Part shown: positions 29,016 to 38,559 of the stretch, one piece after another
Position numbering within the stretch: the first letter of the stretch is position 1
Layout: every line of letters starts with the position of its first letter
Assembly: GCA_041736175.1 (NCBI GenBank)
Contig: JBGSUI010000102.1
Coordinates: 1-47,670 of the forward strand
Source: Oligoflexales bacterium
GTDB taxonomy: Bacteria; Bdellovibrionota_B; Oligoflexia; Oligoflexales; CAIYRB01
Length of the DNA stretch: 47,670 bases
Direction of reading: 5' to 3'
The notes under the pieces: model-generated
What the model saw: the letters and a program-made list of their open reading frames with translations, nothing else
Database searches by the model: none
What the model was told of the DNA's origin: nothing
Program-made: the position numbers and the translations under genes

Positions 29016-30134
29016 ATGGGATTTAATTGTGGAATCGTGGGACTTCCTAACGTTGGCAAGTCAACCATCTTTAATGCACTCACGGCTGCTGGGGCGGCGT
29101 CGGCAAACTACCCGTTCTGCACCATCGACCCTAACATTGGTCGCGTGGATGTCCCTGATTCACGGTTGGAGCAGATTTCGGGGATTGTCAAAACCCAAAA
29201 GGTCATCCCCGCCAGCATGGAGTTTGTCGATATCGCAGGGCTGGTCCGGGGAGCATCCCAAGGGGAAGGTCTGGGAAACCAGTTTTTAGGTCATATCCGG
29301 ATGACCGATGCCATCGTCAACGTGGTGCGTTGTTTTGAAAACACCGACATCACCCATGTGGAGGGATCCGTCAATCCCGTGAGGGATATCGAAACGATCC
29401 AAACAGAACTGATCTATGCGGATACGGCGACGGTTTCCAAAGCCCTTGAGCGCTACCGAAAGCTGCTTAAATCGGGACAAAAACAGGTCCCGCCCATCCT
29501 GGCTATGTTAGAAGCCCTCGACACCCACCTCCAAAAGCTCCAGCCCGCAAGGACTTTCGAAGTCGCTGCTTTTGTCGGCGATATCCCCGAAGTCTTCGAA
29601 GCATGGCGCGACCTCCACTTACTCACAGCTAAGCCGGCTATTTTTGTTTGCAACGTGGACGAAGACCTGGCTGCCGGGACGGGGGATAACCAGCACACCC
29701 TCGCTGTGAAAGCCTATGCCCAAAAAGAAGGCGCTAGGGTCTTACTCCTCTGCGGCAAACTGGAAGAAGAAATCTCTACCATGTCGCCCGAGGATCGGGC
29801 CGAGATGATCGCCGGACTGGGGATGACGGAACCTGGGCTTAACGGACTGATACGACTTGGTTACGAAACCCTCGGTTTAGCCACCTATTTCACGGCAGGA
29901 GAAAAAGAAGTCCGTGCTTGGACAATCGCCCAGGGAGATAAAGCTCCCCAGGCAGCGGGCAAAATCCACTCTGACTTTGAAAAAGGGTTTATCAGGGCCG
30001 AGGTCTACTCCATTGCCGATCTGGTTAAAGCCGGCTCCAAAGTAAAGCTTAAGGAACTGGGACTGCTGCGCTCTGAGGGCAAAGAATATGTGGTCAAAGA
30101 CGGCGATGTGATGGAGTTTCGATTCAACGTTTAA
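29016..30134 (+). CDS. ychF: redox-regulated ATPase YchF
   Basis: [49 protein letters not shown]. Confidence 0.98.
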   Translation: MGFNCGIVGLPNVGKSTIFNALTAAGAASANYPFCTIDPNIGRVDVPDSRLEQISGIVKTQKVIPASMEFVDIAGLVRGASQGEGLGNQFLGHIRMTDAIVNVVRCFENTDITHVEGSVNPVRDIETIQTELIYADTATVSKALERYRKLLKSGQKQVPPILAMLEALDTHLQKLQPARTFEVAAFVGDIPEVFEAWRDLHLLTAKPAIFVCNVDEDLAAGTGDNQHTLAVKAYAQKEGARVLLLCGKLEEEISTMSPEDRAEMIAGLGMTEPGLNGLIRLGYETLGLATYFTAGEKEVRAWTIAQGDKAPQAAGKIHSDFEKGFIRAEVYSIADLVKAGSKVKLKELGLLRSEGKEYVVKDGDVMEFRFNV

Positions 30135-30338
30135 GGTTGTAGTGAGAAGCCGCCCACAAATCACTCACCCGGTCTGGGATATGTGGCCAGACTGGGCGGT
30201 GCGGTCATCGATATAATACGCTGTGTGCGGACATTGTATCTGAGATCCGGCACGATACAGAGCGATGTTTAATTGCAAACAATATTATGATATGATTTTG
30301 CTTGTATTTACAAGCTCACTGCAAGAGATAGGTCCAAA

Positions 30339-32321
30339 ATGCCATCAAAAAGATCGATCTTTATTGGAATTGTGCTGACTCTATTATCGGGGATCATGTC
30401 CACTTGGTCCTACGGGATGGACGCAAGGCCACCCATAACACCTGAATCAAAACAGGGCTTATACGAATTTTTGCTCTGGCTGACCAGTCCTGACGCTGAA
30501 GCTTACAATCTTGTGTTCACAAAATTTCCACCGAAAAATCCTATTGATATCCATGGAGATCTAGGAAAATTCAGTAATAAAATTAAGGAAATTAATAATG
30601 ACTCAAAACTTTTCTTAATCCATTCGCAAACTGCTGAAGAAAAAGCTGCCTCCGTTGAAGTTGCAGGTCGCCTAACCTCGGACCAGTGGCGTCGATTGAT
30701 CTTGAAAGCATCCCAAGTTCCGACAGCAGCTGGAGATTCCATCGGTTTGATACACGCTTTTGGTGGACTCATAAATCATCTCGTCGGTTCCTTCTTGCAA
30801 GACCAACAATTTGTCGAAGCTTTCAGCGAAATAGCCGCAGCAACTACAGGAATCAAATGGGATGGAGACCGTGCTCGTTTTGTTTACGAAGATCCATCTT
30901 TGGAATACCAAGTCGTCATTCTGGGCACGACCCTTCGACAAGATAGTTCCCGCTTTGAGCAGATTTTCTCCGCTCTAGAGCCCTCGATTCAGAGTCGATT
31001 CCAGCTCAACCTCAACACAGCAGATCCCCTAACCCATGTAGAACCCTTTGATCTGCTCCAAGGTGCCGTTGTGAGGAGCTACCAAGATAACTTGAGTCGT
31101 TCTACAAGTCGCATAGTCCTGACTAAAGTGATCCATCGTAGGCTCTATAAATTGCTCAAATTAACTGCTGAAAACGATCCCCGAGGAGCAGCCCTATCGG
31201 ATGTAACTATTTTTCAACCCGTCCAGGGCCGCGACCCCAATACAACCCAGATTCTTTGCGCTGGAAAGGGCAAGCTGACGGGAATTGAGCCAGATATGGA
31301 TCATTTTGATGGTTTGGTCACATACTTTACTGTCAACAACCAAAAAATCAATGAAGCCAATCTAAACCAAACTCCAGTCGAATTACTCTGCGACGGCTCC
31401 ACCTCCACCATCCGTAGCACACCGGTCGCGGCCACTCCTCTCCCCCTGCCAGCACCCTTTGATATGGAGAAGATCGCCGCCCGTGGCCCCGTCAAAGCCC
31501 TGGTAACATTTTCTCTTGCCGAAGAAACCAGCCCAGGCTTGATCGGTGCCACGATTGCCTATATGTCAGCCCATGGATACCAATTTACAGGTATGAAGTC
31601 TGCCCAGGATACCAAACAAGTTTTTTCAAACTCCCTCACCAGTACTGATATTTTGATCGCCGCTGCTCACTCCATAGATATCAACAGATTTCCCTTAGGG
31701 ACTCAGAAGAGCCGTGTACTCCACTTTCGCAAACATGTATGGCATTCTAGTGGCAAGTTTATACCAGTCGAGCTTTCGGCTCTTTTCCCCGAGCAGCGCA
31801 ACCAAACCGGCGGCATCGCTCCCCCCCTCAATATCAATGACCTCGCGGAGCTTTTTTCAGCTCGACGCCGCAAGACTCCCCAGTCGCTTTTTGTACTAAC
31901 CCTCTCTTGTGACTCCGCCGGGGCAGCCATCTCCTGGACCAATGCCTACCGCAAGTCTCTGGACTTAGACATCGCATCTGGGCAGCTTGATTCCATAGCT
32001 CATGCTACCGATCTTATCCATGCGATTGCTCCCAATGGCGGATTTCCTACTGGTACGCCCAGTGAGTTGATCTTAGATATGGTGCCGGCTCTTAAAACCG
32101 TCGATATGCTGGTGTCGGGGCATTCGCCACGTGGGGTCTATAAGAGGTTGCAGCAACCCTTTAAAAGGGACTGGTTTATCAAAGCGGTCGAGGTGGTCGA
32201 AAAATGGTTTGGTGTCGAGATTGATCCTGAACCCCTATCCCTTGACCCGGTCTACAATCTGGATATCCCACACCTCCTAGACTCATCAGGTTATATTGTA
32301 GAGGCTGAGCCCAAGGACTAG
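30339..32321 (+). CDS. secreted hypothetical protein, possible C-terminal caspase/CHAT-like fold
   Basis: signal peptide; DILIAAAHS ... LFVLTLSCDS pattern. Confidence 0.7.
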   Translation: MPSKRSIFIGIVLTLLSGIMSTWSYGMDARPPITPESKQGLYEFLLWLTSPDAEAYNLVFTKFPPKNPIDIHGDLGKFSNKIKEINNDSKLFLIHSQTAEEKAASVEVAGRLTSDQWRRLILKASQVPTAAGDSIGLIHAFGGLINHLVGSFLQDQQFVEAFSEIAAATTGIKWDGDRARFVYEDPSLEYQVVILGTTLRQDSSRFEQIFSALEPSIQSRFQLNLNTADPLTHVEPFDLLQGAVVRSYQDNLSRSTSRIVLTKVIHRRLYKLLKLTAENDPRGAALSDVTIFQPVQGRDPNTTQILCAGKGKLTGIEPDMDHFDGLVTYFTVNNQKINEANLNQTPVELLCDGSTSTIRSTPVAATPLPLPAPFDMEKIAARGPVKALVTFSLAEETSPGLIGATIAYMSAHGYQFTGMKSAQDTKQVFSNSLTSTDILIAAAHSIDINRFPLGTQKSRVLHFRKHVWHSSGKFIPVELSALFPEQRNQTGGIAPPLNINDLAELFSARRRKTPQSLFVLTLSCDSAGAAISWTNAYRKSLDLDIASGQLDSIAHATDLIHAIAPNGGFPTGTPSELILDMVPALKTVDMLVSGHSPRGVYKRLQQPFKRDWFIKAVEVVEKWFGVEIDPEPLSLDPVYNLDIPHLLDSSGYIVEAEPKD

Positions 32322-32431
32322 GGTGGTTTGTTTTTAAAGCCTTTAAAGTGCGTGACCTAATATGCGGAAGCCATGACGAATCGCCATAGCTAATGCCATC
32401 GAGGCAAGATACTCAGAATGAAAAGCCCCCG

Positions 32432-34495
32432 CTACAGCGCGGTGGCCAAGGCAACCTCACCTACAGGGGATCGAGCCTGCTTTTCTGCTGATCTTTTAGT
32501 GGAAATCACCAGCATGGAGCGATCATCTGCCTGAACATTCGAGTCACCCTTGCTCTGGGTGGCCGAAAGATCGAGGGCTATCTTGCAGAGCCCATCACTG
32601 GAAATTTCGTGGGAGGTGCTTTGAGAGAGTTGGCGGCGAAAGTTTACCAGCCGCTCTCCATCGGGGGCAAATCCATCGGAAAAAACATAGGCAAGACTGA
32701 TTTCGGCGAGGGAATACTTGATACCCTTGCCGGATTGGTGGCTTGATTTACCTAAAATCTCCTCATTTTTTAGAATAACCTCCTCGCTTCCGGTCCTTAT
32801 GATATTCCAACCCGGTCCACCAAAGTTCCAAAACTCGATAAATCCATCGGGAGATACCGAAACCCCGCTGGCTTTAGTCCCAATGCGTCCCGAAAAAAGA
32901 TGTAACAAGGTGTCATTGATATCCGCGAGACCGTATTCTAAGCCAAGATTAAGATCTCTAGCTCTTTCGATAACCGTAGCGATACTGGCCACCGCCAGAG
33001 CCGCCTGAATCTTTTCTCCCAAAACACTCCCTATCACAAAATGCATGGTTCCGTCCCGAGTCGACCAATGGTTGATCCAATCACCGGACAAAGAACCCTC
33101 CCGTGGGACGTAACAAAATGCGTAGTCAAAGTTTTCTAAATGATCCTTCATTCGCTTGGGTAAGAGTAATTCTTGCACCATGCGTCCGAGGTCGATACTG
33201 GATTGTAGGCGGACCTTTTCTATGCGATCCGAGTTAGCCTTTGTCCCCAGTGCTGTAGAAACCAGGATCACATGGAGCAATGCTGAGCCAATTTGAAACC
33301 AAATGATCCGGTAATTAAAGTCCATAATCAGAGAAATCTGTAGGATAAGCATAATCGAACTCACAATCAACGGTATACACGACACCAGGAGATAGTAGAC
33401 TTCTGTATTGTTCATCAGAATTCTGTAGACACTAATGGTCAGCAAGAGAATCGTAGCGATTGTGAAAAACAAAAGCAAATTTGCAAAAATACTGATTCCA
33501 AAGTAAAAGCCAAAGGTACTCGCAATGGCAAACCCAAGACAGATATTGATGCTATTGGCCCAGGGCTTGTTCTCGTCGATGGTGGCATCAGTAAATTCGG
33601 TCGCAAAAAGGGAAAATCCTACCAGAGCCATGGTGATCGATGCGGGCCAGTACTGCTGGATATAGCCATAGTGCTTGGTGCCAAAAATCAGGTAGGCACC
33701 TCCAAGAATGCCTTCGATCATGATAAGCCCGGTACAAAAAAGCATGTAATAAAAGTAGACTTTTTGGCGCATCAGCAAATACAGAATCAAGTTATAGACC
33801 CACAGTGCTATAAAAGCCCCAAAGCAGATGGCTAGAAAAGTCACCCGTTCCTTTTCAAAGTCCTCAAAAGCTGCGGCGCTCCACAGACTCATCATAAAAA
33901 AGTTTATATTACCTCGGGTGTTAGCCCCAAGATAAACACGATTGAGTCCAGGCTTTAAAGTCAGTTTTACGGCCGCTGAAATCGAAAAAGGGTCCTGCTC
34001 CGCGATATGAAAATTACCAGCCACTTTGACATTTTGCGGACTGTGCCCTTCTAGAACATAGAGGGAGCCCAAGGGGAGGGCATTGGCTAAGATCACCTTT
34101 TGCTCTAGATTGGTCTCATTTTGGATCAAAACCCGAAACCAACGGCGAGTCCTACCCTCGTCCGCAGGAAAAAACCGGCCTCGCTCCGAGAGCTCGTCGT
34201 AGTGGCCGGAAGCGATTCCTATAAAATCTTGCTTTTCGGTTTCTGTCTTTACAAGGACTCGATCATAAAGGTTTGGATGGAGATCCACCCGGCTGAGTCC
34301 ACTATCGTATTGCAGAACATTAGACTTCAACGACTTTTCCCCTGGAGGGTTGCCAACGGCCCCTTGGCTCGAAGCAACCTCCGGAAAAAGCGACCAGAGA
34401 CTAGAGGTTCCCACGACCAACAGAACTAATAGCCCCAGCAGGCGAATCAGTATCCTGCTCTTGATCTGTGTTCCCCCGTCTGACTGCGCCATCAC
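32432..34495 (-). CDS. 7TM-DISM sensor fused to SpoIIE/PP2C-like domain
   Basis: WFRVLI extracellular DISM domain, YNLILY..YFYY 7TM region, VQELLLP, SGDW, FSDG, DDRS. Confidence 0.85.
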   Translation of the reverse strand: MMAQSDGGTQIKSRILIRLLGLLVLLVVGTSSLWSLFPEVASSQGAVGNPPGEKSLKSNVLQYDSGLSRVDLHPNLYDRVLVKTETEKQDFIGIASGHYDELSERGRFFPADEGRTRRWFRVLIQNETNLEQKVILANALPLGSLYVLEGHSPQNVKVAGNFHIAEQDPFSISAAVKLTLKPGLNRVYLGANTRGNINFFMMSLWSAAAFEDFEKERVTFLAICFGAFIALWVYNLILYLLMRQKVYFYYMLFCTGLIMIEGILGGAYLIFGTKHYGYIQQYWPASITMALVGFSLFATEFTDATIDENKPWANSINICLGFAIASTFGFYFGISIFANLLLFFTIATILLLTISVYRILMNNTEVYYLLVSCIPLIVSSIMLILQISLIMDFNYRIIWFQIGSALLHVILVSTALGTKANSDRIEKVRLQSSIDLGRMVQELLLPKRMKDHLENFDYAFCYVPREGSLSGDWINHWSTRDGTMHFVIGSVLGEKIQAALAVASIATVIERARDLNLGLEYGLADINDTLLHLFSGRIGTKASGVSVSPDGFIEFWNFGGPGWNIIRTGSEEVILKNEEILGKSSHQSGKGIKYSLAEISLAYVFSDGFAPDGERLVNFRRQLSQSTSHEISSDGLCKIALDLSATQSKGDSNVQADDRSMLVISTKRSAEKQARSPVGEVALATAL

Positions 34496-34846
34496 AACTC
34501 TTTCCCAAAGTGTCTTGTAAAAAAGAAACCTATGGGATCGTTTCGGAATCTTTCCAATCTTGATGAGGGAAAGAGCCTGACTTTTATTGTAACAACCTAA
34601 TTTATTTGGATATTATTTGGTTTTAAGTAGTTCCAAACATATCCTCGTAAAAAAGCACTGATTAGGAGATAGACCCGTCGTCCTAAAAGAGCCACACCCT
34701 ATTAATAATTTGAGCAAAAGCTCGACACTGGTCGTTTGAGGACCCAAGACCCGGATTTTCGACGGTTGTCATGACAGTGACCAATCACCAGTCAATTTTT
34801 TTTGCTTCGGCAATTAATATTGCTTAAGAAAATATTCTGATTATTT

Positions 34847-34862
34847 TGGCGTCATTTTTGCA
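34847..34862 (+). promoter_or_regulatory. sigma54-type promoter
   Basis: TGGCGTCATTTTTGCA, GG-N10-GC, about 47 nt upstream of ATG. Confidence 0.7.
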
Positions 34863-34909
34863 TTATCTCCTATATTCCAGATCATATACCCTTGTTTGAG
34901 GAGAAAAAG

Positions 34910-36655
34910 ATGTCGGTGATTTATAACAAGCGGAATCTCTACGTTTTAAAAGCGATGCTTTTCAGCATCTGCTTAGGTTCCTGCAAAAAAAATTCATTTG
35001 ATCAAGCGAGTCAAGTCGACGCCTATTTCATAGAAGGTTCAGCATTTCTTTGGCCAAATGCCCAAGTCTCCGTGTGCTGGGAGATCAACATTGAACCGGA
35101 TTTTCAGCAAAAACACGCCCCAACACGAAAAAAGATCCAAAACATTGTAACCTCCGAATTTGCCAGAGCTGGATTTAGCTTCTCTGGTTGGGAAGAATGC
35201 CAGCCAGAAAGTCGAGGTATCCGAGTCGCACAATGGCTTCAGGGCAGCAGTGTCGGAGTTATGGGACGAACCATTGCGGCTGGTCGCCGGCTTGACGGCC
35301 TAATTAATGGATTGGCCTTGGTGATGGAGCCTCCTAAAGAATTAACTGAGGTCGCTGTATTGTCGACAGCTCTTCATGAATTCGGTCACGCCGTGGGCCT
35401 CGACCATGAGTCTGATCGCAAAGATAGCACCTGTCACTTGGATCAAAGGAATGGCCTCGGGGCAGATGCGGGGGGTAGACTCCCCGTTGGTGAATACGAC
35501 GCCCAATCAATCATGAATTATTGTAGCGGCGTTACCGAAAACTCTGCAGGCATTCCTAGCAAGCTTTCGGATGGAGATATCAGGGTGATCCGAGCTATTT
35601 ATTCCGGTCAGGTAGAACAACCAAGGCAAAGATCCTGCCAAAACGATGGTAACTCATGGGTCGCATTAGATGGAGGATCGTGCTGCCGTTTAAGTCCTGG
35701 AAAAAGCAAACCAGCTAACCCAAGCTACAACATTTGTCCCGCGGAAGTCTTAGTAGCCCCAGGTCAAGTTGCAACGCCTCCTACATCTGGCGCCCCCGAA
35801 CCTCCTCAAATTGAATGGCATAGGCTGTCTGTCAGGAGGCAGGTGATAGTTACGATCAGTCCAGAAATAAACGCCCCACTTGCTATTCTCCACTGTAACG
35901 ATGGGTTTTATAAAGGTAGCATGGACCCCAAAGATCCCAAAAAAATACTCATTGAAGTCATGCGCGCGAGTGGTGGAGTTAACCCCCAATTTACCTGCTC
36001 TCAAATTGATGTTTACGATGGCTTATTGGCCGAAAAATCCAGTGAAATGCGGCGCTCTGTCTTCGCAATGCCGATCGTGATTCCAATCCTTGAAAAGGCT
36101 TCACCTTTTGAATTAAATTTGCAGGGAGCCACTTGGACCATTTTCAAAGTTGAGCAAGGCAAGGTTATCGACACTACGAGACCTAATAATCCCCAACAAG
36201 CAGGTGGCGATATGATCACACCAAAATTGAAAGGCGATCCGAAAAAAATTGAACTTAAAATTAACAATCTGCCAATGAATAGTACGTTGGAAAGTGGCAA
36301 CCTCAATTGCGAGGTAGGGACTCTTTTTGCTGCTAATTCAAGTTACCAAACATATCATATGGAAGACAAGAAACTGCCTCTAAGCGTGACCTTTCACATT
36401 AATGAGGAACATTTCCAGGGCAAACCGCAAATTACCTGTTTCGGCATCGATTTCAAAATCAACGTTCCACTCTCGCCTTCAACTTCAAGTGAGCAGCAAG
36501 GCATTCAAAAGGAATTAAAGCAAATTTCCGTCAAATTTGCACAGCCACTAATGATCGATACGAAACCGGATGCAATAGAACGAAGCTTCCCAGTACCGGC
36601 GTGCGCGCTGACCCTAGGCAAGCAAGAGAATACAGTTGGCGCAAATGCAAAATAA
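34910..36655 (+). CDS. metzincin (astacin/M12-like) metallopeptidase lipoprotein
   Basis: lipobox LGSC; HEFGHAVGLDHE, YD..SIMNY Met-turn, LSDGD; SD GAGGAG. Confidence 0.9.
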   Translation: MSVIYNKRNLYVLKAMLFSICLGSCKKNSFDQASQVDAYFIEGSAFLWPNAQVSVCWEINIEPDFQQKHAPTRKKIQNIVTSEFARAGFSFSGWEECQPESRGIRVAQWLQGSSVGVMGRTIAAGRRLDGLINGLALVMEPPKELTEVAVLSTALHEFGHAVGLDHESDRKDSTCHLDQRNGLGADAGGRLPVGEYDAQSIMNYCSGVTENSAGIPSKLSDGDIRVIRAIYSGQVEQPRQRSCQNDGNSWVALDGGSCCRLSPGKSKPANPSYNICPAEVLVAPGQVATPPTSGAPEPPQIEWHRLSVRRQVIVTISPEINAPLAILHCNDGFYKGSMDPKDPKKILIEVMRASGGVNPQFTCSQIDVYDGLLAEKSSEMRRSVFAMPIVIPILEKASPFELNLQGATWTIFKVEQGKVIDTTRPNNPQQAGGDMITPKLKGDPKKIELKINNLPMNSTLESGNLNCEVGTLFAANSSYQTYHMEDKKLPLSVTFHINEEHFQGKPQITCFGIDFKINVPLSPSTSSEQQGIQKELKQISVKFAQPLMIDTKPDAIERSFPVPACALTLGKQENTVGANAK

Positions 36656-36704
36656 AAATTAACTCTTAGGCTCATCACACCAATTTTTTAATGGAGTCTC
36701 TTTT

Positions 36705-36836
36705 ATGCCAAAACTACTCATTATAATCTCACTTTTGATGACAATTGCGACTATTTACGCTTGTACTGTACCGCCAGAAAAAGTATCGGAAATTTCCGGT
36801 ATCGAAACCTGTAGCGGGACAGTACAGCTACAATGA
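36705..36836 (+). CDS. small putative lipoprotein (43 aa) or truncated gene
   Basis: GGAG SD; MPKLLIIISLLMTIATIYA-C signal/lipobox; below ORF-track cutoff. Confidence 0.5.
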   Translation: MPKLLIIISLLMTIATIYACTVPPEKVSEISGIETCSGTVQLQ

Positions 36837-37109
36837 TATAACTAGTGGGTAAACCCACATGCTGTTAAAGCCCTCAGGGCTTTAGGAAGTCCAGCCGCGA
36901 TCTGACCTTTTTCCGATGAAGGTCCACAACGTGCTGATATTGTTATATTCTTCAGCGACATTTCGACCAAATCTCTTGACAATACAGAGACTTACGGAAT
37001 TGAAGCAGCTCGCAGTCAAAATAAAGGGCTTTTCTATTTATACCGATAGTATAAATTGTGATAGGTTTTCGTGGTAAACGCTTTTTTTCGTCTCTTAAGG
37101 ACATCGATT

Positions 37110-37355
37110 ATGGGCTGCGAAATATGGAAATGGATAGTCGAAGACCCGGAAGTGCTGGGCGGAAAGCCAAGTATTCGTGGTACACGTTTGTCGGTGTTAC
37201 TCGTCGCTAGAAGCATTGGCTATGGCATGAGTTTCGACGATATCAAAGAAGCTTACGGTAACATTCCATTAGATGCTGTACGCGAAGCGGTGCTCTATGC
37301 GGTAAAGGAGGCAGAGAAGTATGATGAATTGGTTCATCGACCGAAACACGCCTGA
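37110..37355 (+). CDS. DUF433 family antitoxin
   Basis: IVEDPEVLGGKPSIRGTRLSV..GMSFDDI..AY....VREAVLYA. Confidence 0.9.
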   Translation: MGCEIWKWIVEDPEVLGGKPSIRGTRLSVLLVARSIGYGMSFDDIKEAYGNIPLDAVREAVLYAVKEAEKYDELVHRPKHA

Positions 37356-37488
37356 GCTGCTAAAAGATTTCTTTCGATTAAACGGACAGCACTGTGTTCA
37401 CGCAAATGAAGTCGACTGGGGTGAATTGCCTAACGGAAAACTCGTCGATAGACTCTATGCTGATGTTGCTCCAAATGATGTCTCTTAA
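37321..37488 (+). pseudogene. truncated DUF5615/VapC45-like PIN toxin
   Basis: MMNWFIDRNTPELLKDFFRLNGQHCVHANEVDWGELPNGKLV..., overlapping DUF433 end; stops at 55 aa. Confidence 0.7.
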
Positions 37489-37541
37489 CGAACCTATTCT
37501 ATCAATCAGAGCTACCACACATCCACCCGCACAAATATGAA

Positions 37542-37683
37542 CAAATCGGCGAGGTCGGGTGATCAACGTCACTTCATCATTTAAGTCGATAAGATCCTTT
37601 ATCAAAAGGGATTTATCCGCATAAAAGTTATTCGTTTCGATGATTTTCCTAAAATCGCTGATGCCCGTGCCAATTTTTGGCAT
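37542..37683 (-). pseudogene. 5' fragment of AAA-ATPase-like (PF09820-type) gene
   Basis: GISDFRKII..NFYADKSLLI..LITRPRRF; similarity ends where Walker A GK(S/T) is expected. Confidence 0.8.
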
Positions 37684-37726
37684 GAGATTCTTCCTAACAC
37701 ATCAGTATAACCTAGGTTTTAACATC

Positions 37727-38407
37727 TCAAGGAACTGGATTAGGGGCTTTGGGAGTACTTTGTCGCGCTTTCCAAAACTCATACACCGCGGGCATCACCG
37801 AAAGGATGATGATCACAACGATCACGATATGAAAGTTGCTTTTGATGGCCGGCAGATTTCCCAAAAAGTAACCACCCAGTAAAAACGGGACCACCCAACA
37901 AAAGGCTCCCACGATATTGTAGCTCGCAAAGCGTTGGTATGACATTTTGCCAATCCCAGCCACAAAGGGCGCAAAAGTGCGGATGATGGGAATAAAGCGC
38001 GCGATGATAATCGTCTTGCCACCATGCTTTTCATAAAAATGTTGAGCTTTAAGGAGGTGATCCCTATTGAGGAACCGCGAAGTTTCGGTCTTAAAGACTT
38101 TTGGTCCCAGACGATAGCCGATCGCATAATTGGTGGCATCTCCCAGCACTGCTGCAATAAACAACAACACTGCTAAGACCCCTACATTAAGCGGCGACCC
38201 ATCGATCGCTGCAAGGGCTCCTAAGGCAAAAAGCAGGGAGTCACCAGGCAAAAAAGGCATGACCACGAGGCCTGTTTCACAAAAAATAATGAGAAAGACG
38301 ATCAGATAAAGCCAGGGACCCACGAGGATCACCAGCTCATTGAGATGGCGATCAAGATGCAAAAAAAGGTCGACAAATTGCATAACCCACTGAATCATCT
38401 GATCCAT
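37727..38407 (-). CDS. dedA: DedA family membrane protein
   Basis: IIFCETGLVVMPFLPGDSLLF, FYEKHGGKTIIIARFIPIIRTFAPFVAG. Confidence 0.95.
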   Translation of the reverse strand: MDQMIQWVMQFVDLFLHLDRHLNELVILVGPWLYLIVFLIIFCETGLVVMPFLPGDSLLFALGALAAIDGSPLNVGVLAVLLFIAAVLGDATNYAIGYRLGPKVFKTETSRFLNRDHLLKAQHFYEKHGGKTIIIARFIPIIRTFAPFVAGIGKMSYQRFASYNIVGAFCWVVPFLLGGYFLGNLPAIKSNFHIVIVVIIILSVMPAVYEFWKARQSTPKAPNPVP

Positions 38408-38460
38408 CTCAACTCCATCCTTCTTTCAAGCAGTCCCATCATAAGACCCATACCCTACCA

Positions 38461-38488
38461 TTAAGACCTTAGGACGAGCAACCGATAG
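38461..38488 (+). promoter_or_regulatory. sigma28-type promoter of fliG
   Basis: TTAAG-N16-CCGATAG. Confidence 0.65.
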
Positions 38489-38559
38489 GAAAACATCAAA
38501 GTTCCCCTCGGTGAACCCATTGCCAACCCTCTACCCTAAATCCCTCAAGGTCGACTCCC

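Noticed and set aside
30240..30305. sigma54 promoter for the 660-aa secreted gene
   Set aside because: TTGC elements are present but lack GG at the required 10-nt spacing
34535..34563. sigma28-like motif upstream of the 7TM-DISM gene
   Set aside because: Spacing (N12 or N17) and -10 element do not fit the other copies
37378..37541. C-terminal half of the 101-aa ORF 37378-37683
   Set aside because: Read-through past the truncation point, mostly antisense to the PIN-toxin fragment
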